Positions 36,278 to 48,286 of a stretch of 64,000 nucleotides of DNA are shown here, one piece after another. Source of the DNA: an uncultured Methanosarcinaceae archaeon (lineage in GTDB: Archaea; Halobacteriota; Methanosarcinia; Methanosarcinales; Methanosarcinaceae); assembly GCA_963733675.1 (NCBI GenBank), contig CAVTET010000003.1, forward strand, positions 224,001-288,000, given 5' to 3'. The position numbers and the translations under genes are program-made. How positions within the stretch are numbered: position 1 is the first letter of the stretch; the number at the start of each line of letters is the position of its first letter. Under the pieces are notes generated by a model. That model worked only from the letters and a program-made list of their open reading frames with translations, had not been told where the DNA came from and searched no databases.

Positions 36278-37220
36278 CAGAATTACAGCTGTAAAAATAA
36301 GCTTTTATTGTTGAGATGAGGAAACCCGAAGAAGAATTACCACATTCTTCAAAATCCTCTGACTTAAAACTCTCAAATTAATTCCTATGCACTTTTTCAA
36401 AGTAAATTCCTCTACTTATTTTCAGCTATTTTCATGAAAATTAAATTGTTTGACGTAACACTTGAACATCTTCTCATTAGTATGCTTGCATGCAAATTTT
36501 TAGTCCATCTTCTTTTCCCGTCCATCTCTTCGCTCCGCCCATGCAACCACTTCATAAGTAAGAATAATTGGTATCTTTACACTTCTTTTTTTCATGGTAT
36601 CAGAATAAAAAGAGATCATACTTAAAAAGATTAGATTTTTTTGGAGAGATCTGTTAACTATATACATTATTATACATATGTATCCGTTCAAAATAATTGA
36701 GAAAAACAGAATTTTTTGATCTCAAAATATACAACAATGCATACTAGAAAATTGAATCTTATAAAACAATTTTCTCGAAATTGTCGTAATTCAAAATTGA
36801 TATCTTAGGGTTCATTATGAATTGTCTATGTGTTTCTTATACTTTTTTCACATTTACTAGAGATGTAATTGATAAAAATTTGTACATGGCTATAAGTAAT
36901 AGAATCATCGAGTTATCAAAAACATAGGCAACGTTCATCGATATAAATGTGGAATGGATCACAGTAATTAAGTATATAGTTATGGAACAGTAATCAGAAA
37001 AGAAGACTAAGGAATAGATAACAAATTTTACAGAACTTCGGTATACAGCCAACTCTTTTTTCAAAACAATCTATTTCAGCATCTAACTATTTGATTCCCA
37101 TATAAAACCATTACTAATTTGTTAAAGTTTTCCCGACAAATTTAATTTTTAAGTGAACTATAAAGATCAAAATTTAACTTTTTTATTTTGATTAGCTTAG
37201 ATGATCTGGCTGATAACTTA

Positions 37221-37420
37221 TAGTAAAAATTGATCTTGTTAGTTGCAGGTGAGGAAATGTCTGCAACCCACCGGAAAATCTACTTCAATGTACTGGAATA
37301 TCTATAGACTAGAAATAAATTTAATGTGTTATATATTTTAATATATATACAAAATAGTAATGACTTAAACTAATTAGTACACGAATTGGTGGTCCTGATC
37401 CCACACACTATGATATCAAT
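37221..37420 (+). repeat. Dispersed non-coding element, copy A
   Basis: TTGATCTTGT-hairpin(GTTGCAG/CTGCAAC)..TTATATATT..ACTAATTAGTAC..GTGGTCCTGATC. Confidence 0.75.
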
Positions 37421-37429
37421 TCTTTGGGA

Positions 37430-38830
37430 TGAAGATTGCTATTCAACTGATACCCAGATGTAAAAATGTAAACAGTATGACAAAGCAAGTAAACAATTCA
37501 GCATCAAGAGGAATTCCCAATATATTGATCACTCTGAAAAAACAAAAAAATTATATAGCTAAACAACTGGCAACCAAGAAAAAGCTAGAAAAACAACGAG
37601 AGAAAGGGAAAAAGAAGAAACAAAAAAACACTAAGATCAATGACAAATGAAATAAAAAAAGGCGCCGAAATCATTAAAAAGAAACATAATAGAATAAAAA
37701 TAAAAAACACAAATCAAAGTTGAGCTGGTGCACCCCGCTGTAGGCAACGGGGTATGTTCGCGCCACCGCTCTGGTTGTAATGGCTATTAAAAATCGAGTA
37801 TTTTCATTTGCTGATATGCTTCTTTTTCTTCCCTACTCTTTATAATTTGCATGACTTTTGAAGGAGAATACTTTGGTTCAGCTCCAACAAAAAGATGTAC
37901 ATGATCACCATCACTACCAATTACCTCAAACTCAAAACAGTATCTTTCACTAATTTCAAAGCATAAGTTTTTCAAAAAGTTGATGAGTTCTGTCCCTAAA
38001 AAAAGATTTTTACGGTACTTCAAACAAAAAACCATGTGATATCTTATTTTATATACACAATGGTTTGCACGTCTTAGTTCCATTTACAGTACAAATGTAG
38101 TAAAAAATATAAATTTATTATTTAACAACGGTTATCGGGAAGTTTTCCATCCTCGCAGCAAGCTGCGGGGTATTCGACTGAAATAAAAAGGGATTTGAAT
38201 ATATTGAATTTGTCACAAGAACTTCATACTTTCATTTAAAATAATTTATTTCATATTTAATAACAATAACCAGTGAGATTTTTTTAGGGAACTTACATTC
38301 CGATATACTAATTATTGAATTAACAATGGGAATAATTATAAAAAGTTATGGCCAGTTGAACCTCATCATTAAGGAAAATCATAAGCTTTTCTGAATCGAA
38401 ATTGTGATTAATATGGAATAACTCTGTGAGTGCAGAATAAAATTAGATACATGAATTGCGGAGAAATTTGTCGCTGAGTTTGATAAATTGTTTTAGACCT
38501 AAACAATATAAAATTCGCAACTCTATGAAAGAATAAGTAAGATAAAAGAGAAAAAGGAAAGTAAGCTGATGATTCTGGCTTTGCCAGAAATTTCTTTGTA
38601 TAACAGCGCAAGAGAGTTAGTATTAAGAGTAAAAGTAAGAAAAAGATACGTCCGCGTTTAAAATATGATTGAGAAAGAGACCAAAGTAAAACATATTCAT
38701 TACAATTGTTATGAGGGCACAAAATTTGGTAAATGCATATGATTGCTTCTTTGATATAGTGATCAGTACATATGATATACTTATCTCTGCATCAACTAAT
38801 CAAAAAAATAAATGCCTGAAATGTAAAGTG
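37430..38830 (-). pseudogene. Possible decayed membrane-protein gene split by IS200
   Basis: Highly hydrophobic minus-strand translations on both sides of the IS (FVFFIFILLCFFLMISAPFFISFV; RIFFLLLLLILTLL). Confidence 0.3.
37712..38186 (-). mobile_element. tnpA: IS200/IS605-family element copy 1 (tnpA with about 150-bp internal deletion)
   Basis: HCVYKIRYHMVF, DHVHLF HUH motif; subterminal hairpins CCCCGCTG.AGGCAACGGGG and CGCAGCAAGCTGCG; catalytic Tyr region deleted. Confidence 0.9.
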
Positions 38831-39021
38831 AAGAGCTTTCTACTTAACTTGAAGAGGAGACCTTATTTCAGCTAATCTATGGACTTCAGCTCAAGTTACC
38901 ACATATAATTTATAATTTTTGGAAATATATTCTGTTCAATTTATATTGCTTAAAATTAGAATATTAATCACTTAAGCTTAGTATTTTTAATTTTTAGTTG
39001 AGACAAAAAGGAGATTATTAT

Positions 39022-39753
39022 ATGAAAATAACAGTGTTCAGTGGGAGCCATAAAGGCAAAAATGGAAATACTCTCAGCATGGTTGAGGAATTTCTGAATG
39101 GGGCAGAAGAAGCCGGGGCAGATACTGAGAATATCATCCTTGCTGAGAAAAATATAAGATACTGCAAGGGAAAATTCGAATGCTGGCTCAAGACGCCTGG
39201 AAGATGTGCCATCCACGATGACATGGACGACCTACTTCCCAGGTTCCTGGAATCGGATATTGTTGTTTTTGCCTGCCCTGTATACTTTGACAATGTTCCA
39301 GCTATAATGAAAAACTTCATAGACAGACTTTCACCTGTCCTTTTACCTCATTTTGAGGAAGATGAAAAAGGTGAGTATAGGCATGCAAAACGCTATGAGA
39401 AATTTCCGAAAATACTTGTTATTTCGAATGCCGGTCTACCTGGTCAGAAAAATTTTGAAGTTGAAAGCCTTTTTTTCAGGAGGCTCGCAAGAACCTTTCA
39501 CACAAAACTTATTGGCGAAATCTACAGAGGAGAAGGGGAAATTTTCAGGGGCAAAGACAATATCATGCTAAAACCATTACTAGGTAAGTATAAAAATTAC
39601 CTTCGAAGTGCTGGCAAAGAGATCGTCGAAAGCCACAACCTTTCTGAAAAAATGATTAAAGATCTCGAAAAACCAATTTTACCTCCAAGCTTATATATAA
39701 AATTCGGAAACGATGAATGGGATCGACTGCTTGATGAAGATAGGGTCGATTGA
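39022..39753 (+). CDS. Flavodoxin-family / NADPH-dependent FMN reductase (iron-sulfur flavoprotein-like)
   Basis: FSGSH..NGNT, C.GKFECW.KTPGRCAIHDDM, ACPVYFDNVPAIMKNFIDR. Confidence 0.85.
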   Translation: MKITVFSGSHKGKNGNTLSMVEEFLNGAEEAGADTENIILAEKNIRYCKGKFECWLKTPGRCAIHDDMDDLLPRFLESDIVVFACPVYFDNVPAIMKNFIDRLSPVLLPHFEEDEKGEYRHAKRYEKFPKILVISNAGLPGQKNFEVESLFFRRLARTFHTKLIGEIYRGEGEIFRGKDNIMLKPLLGKYKNYLRSAGKEIVESHNLSEKMIKDLEKPILPPSLYIKFGNDEWDRLLDEDRVD

Positions 39754-40074
39754 GAAGAACTACGAAAGATAAAAGAAACTTGGTGTGGATAACCAAGAAT
39801 TAATGTGAAAAATTCAGATGTTAGTTGATAGATAAACCTGTAACATCTTATTACTAGCTAAAGCAAAAGGAAGAAACTGTTTTGGTCACCTTGAAACACA
39901 CATTCTAAGGATGTACACAGATGCAGAATTAATTTGCTTATTTGGCCATTATTAATTCATTGAAAGTTATATTAATTTTTTTTATCTACTGTCACATTAA
40001 AAAATGGATGTCATTCATCTGTACATATGTGGAAAGTGTGTGGAAACGTCTTAGCTATTTCTTTAATTAATCTT

Positions 40075-41835
40075 TTAATCAACTTCTGGCATAGCCTCTA
40101 TCAGATCTTCCAGACTGTGTTTCAAATAAGGAGCATTGCTCCTGTTGATCAATTCCTGACAGATCTCAATCGGATTCCCGGCCATTACAATTGCTCCTTT
40201 TTCGATCATCACAACTCTATGGGCAACTTCCCGAACGAAGTCCATATGGTGACTCACAAGCACAATGGTCATGTTGAAGCGTTCATTGATCCTTTTTAAA
40301 GAATTTGTGATCTCCCTGAGAGTTACAGGGTCAAGGTCTCCAAACGGTTCATCAAGCATTAAGTACTCTGGAGATGTCGAAAGGCTCAGGGCAATAAAAG
40401 CTCGAACATGCTCGCCTCCACTGATCTGGGAAGGAGTTTTGTCAAGCACGTCCATTGACAGATCAAGGGCTTCAAAGACTGGCTTCGCATATGTGTCAAC
40501 ATCATTTAGCGGAACTATGGGAAAAAGTTCAAAATAAATGGTATTATTTAGGTTCAACTCCTGCAATGCAGTTGCTTTTTCTTCTTCAGGCATATCTGAC
40601 AACCTGTACACAATATCAAGAGTCTCATCAGAGAGCCCCATTTCCAAGGCTTTATTCCTTGCGTATTCGATTGCACTTTTATTTTTGATACTTAACCTAA
40701 ATCGAATCTGATCTCTAACTGTGGAGTTAACTGACATGGAAAATTCCTGATTCATGATGCTCATAATCCTACGGAGCTCCATTCGCTTCTTGCTATATTC
40801 GGTAACTTCTACCCAGTCTCCATTGCATAAATAATCTACAGTCCCGAGATTTGGCTTAACAAGCCCTTCTATAAGTTTCATAATTGTTGTTTTTCCAGCT
40901 CCAGAAGAGCCAATAAAAGCTAGAATCTCACCCTTATAGACATCGAAAGATAAATTTTTGATGTTAAGGACTTCTCCCATGCGGATGATGGAATAACGTT
41001 TTGAAATTTCCTTTACTCTTATACAAATTTCCTTATTTTCAAGCTTTGTAAGCTCTTCCTTCGGCTTCATATCTATAAGGAAATTTTTAAGCACACTTAA
41101 TGGTTTTCCTTCAGCTGCTATTTTTCCGTTTTCAAGAAAAATGAGCCTGTCAGCAAGATAGGCATGGATTTCCGGAAGGTGAGATACTACTATAATTGCT
41201 ATTTTCAAGTTCGCTTTTAGGTTTTTAATTATATCAAGCACTTCCTGCTTCGTATCAGGCCCTGTCATTGTGACAGGCTCATCCAGAAGAAGGACTCTGG
41301 GCTTTGCAGCAAGTTGCCTTGCCATTACAATTCTCTGTTTTTCCCCTCCACTTAGGAGGTTAGTTGAATGTAGAGCTTTGTGCTCTAGGCCAACAAGTTT
41401 CAGATATTCTATTGCCTCTTCAAAAAGTTCATCGTACTCATTAGTTATACTATGTGGAATATGTTCATTATTTGGAAGGGCTTCATGCCCCACTTTAAGG
41501 TAATTTAGTTTTCGGATTATATTTTCAATTGCAGGCCCGTTCCATAGACTGAAATTTCGCTGGAGATGTATTGCCGTTACGCTTTTGAGGAACTTTTCTC
41601 CTTCGATACCAGAAGTTGGTGTTACAATTTTTCCGTCTATTTCCACAGTACCTTCTTGAAACGGTTCCACCCCACGAATGATACGAAGAAGCGTGGATTT
41701 CCCGCTTCCGCTTCGACCTGTAATCCCAAGGATTTCACCATCCTCCACTTTGAGGTCAATATGGTCCAATACCCTTATGCTTTTGGAACACACATCATAA
41801 ATTTTTACTAAGTTGGAAATCTTGAGCATAATCAC
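40075..41835 (-). CDS. Dual-ABC-domain ATPase, AtwA (MCR component A2)-like paralog
   Basis: Two Walker A motifs (GRSGSGKS, GSSGAGKT); AIHLQRNF; LSGGEKQR; LDEPFGDLDP; no TM domain. Confidence 0.75.
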   Translation of the reverse strand: MIMLKISNLVKIYDVCSKSIRVLDHIDLKVEDGEILGITGRSGSGKSTLLRIIRGVEPFQEGTVEIDGKIVTPTSGIEGEKFLKSVTAIHLQRNFSLWNGPAIENIIRKLNYLKVGHEALPNNEHIPHSITNEYDELFEEAIEYLKLVGLEHKALHSTNLLSGGEKQRIVMARQLAAKPRVLLLDEPVTMTGPDTKQEVLDIIKNLKANLKIAIIVVSHLPEIHAYLADRLIFLENGKIAAEGKPLSVLKNFLIDMKPKEELTKLENKEICIRVKEISKRYSIIRMGEVLNIKNLSFDVYKGEILAFIGSSGAGKTTIMKLIEGLVKPNLGTVDYLCNGDWVEVTEYSKKRMELRRIMSIMNQEFSMSVNSTVRDQIRFRLSIKNKSAIEYARNKALEMGLSDETLDIVYRLSDMPEEEKATALQELNLNNTIYFELFPIVPLNDVDTYAKPVFEALDLSMDVLDKTPSQISGGEHVRAFIALSLSTSPEYLMLDEPFGDLDPVTLREITNSLKRINERFNMTIVLVSHHMDFVREVAHRVVMIEKGAIVMAGNPIEICQELINRSNAPYLKHSLEDLIEAMPEVD

Positions 41836-42583
41836 ATCTCTTAGTGTTGATTGAAAGTTAACACTGAATCCTTTAATCTGAAGGGAAATTATGATACTGC
41901 ATCCTTCATCATTTTCTGATCGTTGTGATACACATGGGTAATGCAGTTATACTAAATGAATTTATTCAAAAATGCAAAAATTGTGATATGATTGACTTAA
42001 CAATTGAAAATAATAACGGTTTCTTGATTCAGTTATTGAATGGACACAATACAGATAAATCACGGTTAAATTAGCTATTAAACATATCTTGACACTTGAA
42101 ATCCATAAATTTCAGTGAACTGATGATATATGTGGTAATCAGACACGAAAAATATAACTAAAGAACAACATTATGAAAAATTTTTACTTCGGTTTTCCTG
42201 AAATGGAAAACCCAACGGAAAAGAATACATAAATACTGCAAATTTCAACTTCATCATAAATCTAAAAACTCATCGTTTCAGGTCTTAGTACTCAAAATCG
42301 GAATTAATTCTTTTTTTATACGAATAAAGTTGCAGAAAAGGAGAATTTTTAATCATCTTAATTGGAAACATTACGTTAAATGAATATAATTCAGTAGGCA
42401 CAATTCTAAGGGAAAAACTGGCTCAAGGAAGATTCAAGTTGTGTATTCTATGTCTTATTTAAGGCAGTGGATCGAATGTCACCCAATTTCCGAACTCTAT
42501 TAACAAACTTTATCTATCTAGAGAAATAGTGCCATATATAGTAGCTAGCTGAAGGTAGTGTTCAAAAAACATAGAGAATCTAC

Positions 42584-43209
42584 AATCAAAGTTGCGCTGG
42601 CGCACTCCACTGCAAGCAACGGGGTATGTTTGCGACATCGCTCTTGTTGTAATGGCTATTAAAAATCGAGTATTTTCATTTGCTGATATGCTTCTTTTTC
42701 TTCCCTGTTTTCCTGATTTTCAACATAGTTTTTGATAACATCTGAAGTTGTTCCATCTTCTATAGTTCCAATGTAGCCTCCATCACTCCACAGTTCACCA
42801 TCCTAAAGCTATTTTTTGAGTTCAGGGTATTGTTTAAAAATTTGTCTTGCTATAAACTTTTTATAATTTGCATGACTTTTGAAGGAGAATACTTTGGTTC
42901 AGCTCCAACAAAAAGATGTACATGATCACCATCACTACCAATTGCATCAAACTCAAAACAGTATCTTTCACTAATTTCAAAGCATAAATTTTTCAAAAAG
43001 TTGACGAGTTCTGTCCCTTAAAAAAGATTTTTACGGTACTTCAAACAAAAAAACCATGTGGTATCTTATTTTATATACACAATGGTTTGCACGTCTTAGT
43101 TCCATTTACAGTACAAATGTAGCAAAAAATATAAATTTGTTATTTAACAACGGTTATCTGGGAAGTTTTCCGTCTCCGCAGCAAGCTGCGGGGTATTCGC
43201 TGAAATAAA
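42584..43209 (-). mobile_element. tnpA: IS200/IS605-family element copy 2, full length, inactivated tnpA
   Basis: Near-identical to copies 1 and 3; indels and in-frame TAGs. Confidence 0.9.
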
Positions 43210-43282
43210 TATTTTATAGCAGTCTATCATTCGTTCAATGACGCTGATGGATAACAGAATACATTACAAAGTGTGAGAATAT

Positions 43283-44011
43283 TTATCTCTTAAAAAGATG
43301 AGCGTGTTCTTTCCTAAGTGATTTGAGAAGCTCTGCATTTAATTTTGCATCATAAAGTGTTTTCACTTTAGAAAGTTGGTCAAATGTCAAATAGTGAGCT
43401 TCTCTAAATTTAGCTCCTTCAAGGTTAGCTCCTTCAAGGTTAGCTCCTTCAAGGTTAGCCCACCTAAGATCAGCCCATCCAAGATTAACTTTCATAAGAT
43501 TTGTCCATTCAAGGTTAGCTCCTGTTAAGTTAGTCCATAACAAGTAAGATTCTAAAAGATTAGCTCCTCTTAGCATAGTCCAATTAAGGTTAGCTCCTTC
43601 AAGGTTAACTCCTCGAAGAGTAGCACCTTCAAGGTTAGCCCCTCTAAGAATAGCTCCTTCAAGATTAGCTCCATCAAGTTTAGCTTTTCTAAGATTAGCT
43701 TCACTAAGGTCAATTCCTACAAGGTTAGCTTCTCTAAGGTCAGCTCCTTCAAGGTTAGTTTTCTTAAGGTTGGTCCATTTAAGGTTAGCTTCTCTAAGGT
43801 TAACACCATCAAGATTAGCCCCTTCAAGGTTCGCTTCCCTCAGATTAGCTCCTTTTAAGTGAAATCCTTTTAGGTCAGCTTCTATAAGTTCAACTCCTAT
43901 AAGATTAGCTCTCTTAAAGTTGCCCTCGTTAAGGTTAATTCCTGTAAGGTTGGCTTTATTTATGTTAATTTTCAAAATTTCCTGCATACCATAACTCCTT
44001 TCCTTTTCCAC
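43283..44011 (-). CDS. Pentapeptide repeat protein
   Basis: ANLEG repeats; cap AHYLTFDQLSKVKTLYDAKL. Confidence 0.9.
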   Translation of the reverse strand: MEKERSYGMQEILKININKANLTGINLNEGNFKRANLIGVELIEADLKGFHLKGANLREANLEGANLDGVNLREANLKWTNLKKTNLEGADLREANLVGIDLSEANLRKAKLDGANLEGAILRGANLEGATLRGVNLEGANLNWTMLRGANLLESYLLWTNLTGANLEWTNLMKVNLGWADLRWANLEGANLEGANLEGAKFREAHYLTFDQLSKVKTLYDAKLNAELLKSLRKEHAHLFKR

Positions 44012-44929
44012 AAAATTTATGTTTTTCTTTTATTGACTAATTATTAAAATACAAATTGTGAGTGAGTATCTATACATTAGTTATTAATTATATAGTTTTT
44101 GCATATAGACTATATTGTATAATTAAAAAAGATATTGTGAAATAAATTCTCACTATAAATGTTTCTTCATGATAAATTTTAAAACCGAACAACAATTAGA
44201 TATTAATTATTATATTATTATTCCTGGTGACTTCAAGTCATTGATCAAATCTAGGAAAGATTCCTGGTTAAGTAATACTGTTATCATCTCACTGCCTCGT
44301 CTGAGTTCTTTGTTAGCTCTCTACCAGATTTATTATTCCAATTTTTTCTAGTGTTTTCTGGAAATTCGTTCATATGTACTATATTGATTTGAATAAATAA
44401 GTTCTAGTGATATCTATGACAAAAAGTAGACTATTTTTAGTAAATATAAAGCTAATAATGCTTCTTTTCTAAAAACATAAAGAGTTTTTGGCATAAATAA
44501 GAACTTATAATATAAATCGATCGAGTTTTTTAAGAAAAGTGTAATATTAGATTCTAACGACTATACAAACAAAAAAAATAAAAATTAATATTTATTTGTT
44601 TTTTGACTGCGAAAAATTTTATGCGGAATTATTTTTTATTTAGAAACTAATTTCTATATAATTAATTTCCACTAATTATAAAAATAATTATGTATTAATA
44701 TTATAACTCCATATAGAATGTCGACTTAAAAAAGTGCAAAATAACCTATGTAGTAGAGCTAGATAGCATAGTATAATTGCTTGAAAGATGTTGATCTTAT
44801 TTTGAATTAAATATGCTTGCACCAATATAATTTTAAACTAACTGTATTTGGGTTTAAAGTAAAGAAAACTCTTCCCAGCTTTCCAATAATCTTTTTTAAT
44901 GCGCTTGATTTGGTAGAATGCATAATTTT

Positions 44930-45099
44930 CTGCAACATCTGCTCTTTACTCTTTAATCTTATTTTTTAATTACTTTTTGTTAGATTATGATAGAGACATA
45001 CCAAGAAAAAAAATAGTTCCCATGAAATGTTTTCATTTTAAAAAGCTGCTAGAATGTTAAATAGTGAGCTTCTCTAAATTTAGCTCCTTCAAGGTTAGC
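44930..45099 (-). pseudogene. Orphan 3' fragment of a pentapeptide-repeat gene
   Basis: 45059-45099 identical to 43389-43429; adjacent degenerate cap-coding sequence. Confidence 0.7.
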
Positions 45100-45289
45100 A
45101 TTTGTTTGTTGCATCAATTTGAAGATTTTATTTACTTTATTATCCCCTCAGCTTATTATCTGATCCGGAGAAACTCAGAATCGTGTATAACAATTACATA
45201 TTACTGCTTCAAAACGTCATAAACCAAAAGGGAATCGAAGACCTCTGAGCATGAATATTTTGTCATTTTCTTTATTAGTCACTAGTTTA

Positions 45290-45893
45290 TGATTACTCGG
45301 CAACGGACTTAATCACATTGCTCATTATTTCTACTAAAGTTTCGTGGTATTCATCTGGATCTTTGTATTCATCTATATTCTGTACTATTGTAAGCATAAT
45401 CGACGCAAATTCTGATGGATTCAGGTTTTTCATCTCCTGTTAACTCTAAAGCAAGCTTGCAGTTTTCAGCTTATCAGTAGGTCTGGCGCGACAAGTTTTC
45501 AAAGGTAAGCGTAGGATTGTTCCTATCTCTTTTAAACAGCTCTCTTTGACCTTTCAATATCATGTTATCTTCCTCATTTTGTCTTATTTATGAATGGCAT
45601 TTTTCTTTTTTCTTAGAACTCTGGCATCTGCTTAACCACCTATGACAGATTCAAACAATGTACTGAATACTCCATTTTCATATTTATTTAAAAATCCATT
45701 CAGAACAGAGTTGACCAATTGCATTACCTGTCTTTAAGCGTTGAATCTTAAATAGTCATTTTTCAAATCTTCCCTTAAGTTGTTTCCAGTGGTCCTCATA
45801 CTTTTGCTCCTTAATCAGGTATTCATTCAATCTTAACTCAAGAAGTTCAGGGGTCATTCTTTGGAAAGACTGTTTGTGATTTGTATCTGACAT
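45290..45893 (-). pseudogene. Decayed hypothetical protein gene
   Basis: MSDTNHKQSFQRMTPELLELRLNEYLIKEQKYEDHWKQL.. followed by coding-like fragments with stops. Confidence 0.35.
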
Positions 45894-46040
45894 CATTTCT
45901 TAGCATCTCCGGAAAAATCATCCTGTATTCACGTTAAAAAATAAAAGAGCCGAAAATAATAAAACGCAATCAAATATGTGTCATATATTTCTCTTTATTA
46001 GATTGTAACCCAAATTGAAGTAAAAGCGCTTAACTTTAGA

Positions 46041-46465
46041 TACCATTAAGTTGATCTTGTAAACTGAAGGTGAGAAACTGCCTGCAGCCAGAGAGAAGGT
46101 CTCCTTTGAGGTATTTGAATACCTATAAATTATAACTAGATTTAATTTATTATATACTTTTTGAACATATACTATATAGTACTAACTAATACTAATTAGT
46201 ATTCTAATACTAATTAGTATTAACATTACGTGGTCCTGATCTAGTGAATTATAACAGGTGTGGATCTTTTCCCCTACCATTTTTGGAAAACCGAATCGAA
46301 TTTTGCTATACCATACAAATATAAATAGATCAAGTTCCCATAAATGCACAATTTTTGTAAGAAAATCTATGCATTTTTTCCAATTTCAGCGGTGAGTGCC
46401 TAATGTTTATCTGATAATGCATTAAGTCTAAAACCTTCCACCCTGCAGGTAACTCATGAGAAAAA
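46041..46465. repeat. Dispersed non-coding element copy B (+) and inverted partial copy F (-)
   Basis: Head hairpin, TATA-like box, duplicated palindrome AATACTAATTAGTATT (46188-46203, 46206-46221), GTGGTCCTGATC..TGAATTATAACAG; 46300-46350 matches 17625-17670. Confidence 0.75.
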
Positions 46466-46576
46466 TTTCATATAATTGCAGATTTATACCAAATATGTGT
46501 TACTTTGTCACCATAACTTCCAGAAGAGCTTTTTTTAGCCAGCGGTATAAATTTTATGACCGTCATAATACCTATT

Positions 46577-46771
46577 ATGCCTGAAACAACACCTATCTAG
46601 ATAACAAAGCAAATCCGTGAAGAGTTACAGCAAATTAGAACGATTGGGGACGATTATAACAAGGTCATTAATGACCTGATAGTCGAACATAATAAAAATG
46701 AATTAGCAGAACATAGGGAGAAATTTATAAGAGAGCATAAAAATGAATTTGTGAGTATCAATGACCTTTAA
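46577..46771 (+). pseudogene. Small ribbon-helix-helix-type antitoxin with in-frame TAG at codon 8
   Basis: MPETTPI*ITKQIREELQQIRTIGDDYNKVINDLI..EFVSINDL; overlaps the toxin ATG. Confidence 0.7.
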
Positions 46772-47034
46772 AGTTTTTGTGCATCCTACTCTTTTTGTTA
46801 AGGTTCCTGCAGAACGAAAAGAACATAGAAAATCTGCGATTAAGGAGCTTACAAATCCGTTTCCAGATAGTAACGGAAACAAAAAAATAACTCAAAGGAA
46901 CTCGAATAGTTACATATCGTCTTAAAGTTGGAGACTATCGAATTTTCTATCAAATTGATGAGGAAGATAAAAAATTATACATTTTCGATATTCTGACCAC
47001 TGAACAAGCGCATAAAAAATATGGAAGAATTTAA
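46761..47034 (+). pseudogene. relE: RelE/ParE-family toxin, frameshifted
   Basis: MTFKVFVHP..IKELTNPFP..[shift at A-run 46881]..LKG..YRLKVGDYRIFYQIDEEDKKLYIFDI. Confidence 0.8.
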
Positions 47035-48286
47035 TATTAATCACCAGAACTTTCACTAGGGCATTTCTATTTTTAGATTTTCAGGAAGCAGCTAATGTTT
47101 ACCTTTTGTTCCCTTGTATCAATGTTTGAATGTAAAGCCCTTGATCATGCATAATTATTTTGCTATAAAGCCTATGGATTCGTAGAAAAGATAAAATCCT
47201 ATTTCTTGTGGCAAAGAAAGAAGTAGAGAGTCAACTAAAAATTATAGAACTTTAGTTCCACTGTATAAATTAAAAATCGATAGCAAGTAAAACTATTTGA
47301 ATTTTATTATACTCATTAATACTTTTTTTGCATTTCCAAAGTATAAACGATGGAAACGTGTATTTTTCCATAATCTATGGAAGATCCGATTCGCAAAGAT
47401 ATGGGCAAAAATCTGATTTTTCGCTATTTTGTGTGGATTGAAAATAATTATCCAGTTAAAAAATTACCACGCCAAAGAGATTAATATCGAATAGAAATTG
47501 ATTTTGCTACAATAACTTTTTTTGAAGATTATGTATATTGCACATTCATTTAGAAAGTAAAATATAACTTCCCGCCTAAAATAACAAATAGTTTATAAAA
47601 TTAATCTATGTTGCTTCTTTAGGAAAACATAATGTTAAATTTGTGAAGATCTCCGAAAATAATAAGAATATAATTAATATAAAAATATTTCTTTGCTTTA
47701 AAATATTTTATAGTAAAGTAAGTTTTATTCAGAAACGATTTTTTGTCCAATTAATTTAATAAAACTAAGGGGCATAATTGATCATCCTAAACTAATTATT
47801 TGCAGAGTAAGAATATAAGTCAAATTGTTTTCAATTAAAAAAGAATAAGGAATTAGTAGATCTATGAAAGAAGTAAAATTGTCAAAAGTCGGAAAACAAG
47901 ATTTTGTATTCTGTTATGTTCTCTCATTTTTTACCAAAATCAGTCAAAGCAATAAAAATTTAATTTTATTAAACTAAATATTTTGTTAATTCGAAAAGGG
48001 AACAAATCAATTGCTATCTCAATGATAAAAACTTTATTCGAAGGCAATATGTTAATTTCCTTTGTTGAAAGTATTGATTGAAAATCGATGTCTTTCTATG
48101 TTCTCTTTAATATCTCATAATTATTATGATTTTTGTGGTACTGTTTAATTGTAGGTTCTCACTGTCCATATCAATTAGGAATGTATCGAACAGAAGAATG
48201 AAACGAATTTATGCGTTATAATGTATGTTACTACACCAAATAAGAACAAGAAAATAGTCAGCTAAATGATTTAGGAAGTTGCACAA

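Noticed and set aside
37429-37650. Lys-rich 73-aa ORF
   Set aside because: Likely the antisense of a T-rich hydrophobic pseudogene
45059-45099. DGR template/variable repeat pair with 43389-43429
   Set aside because: No adenine-specific mismatches, too short, and no reverse transcriptase in the window
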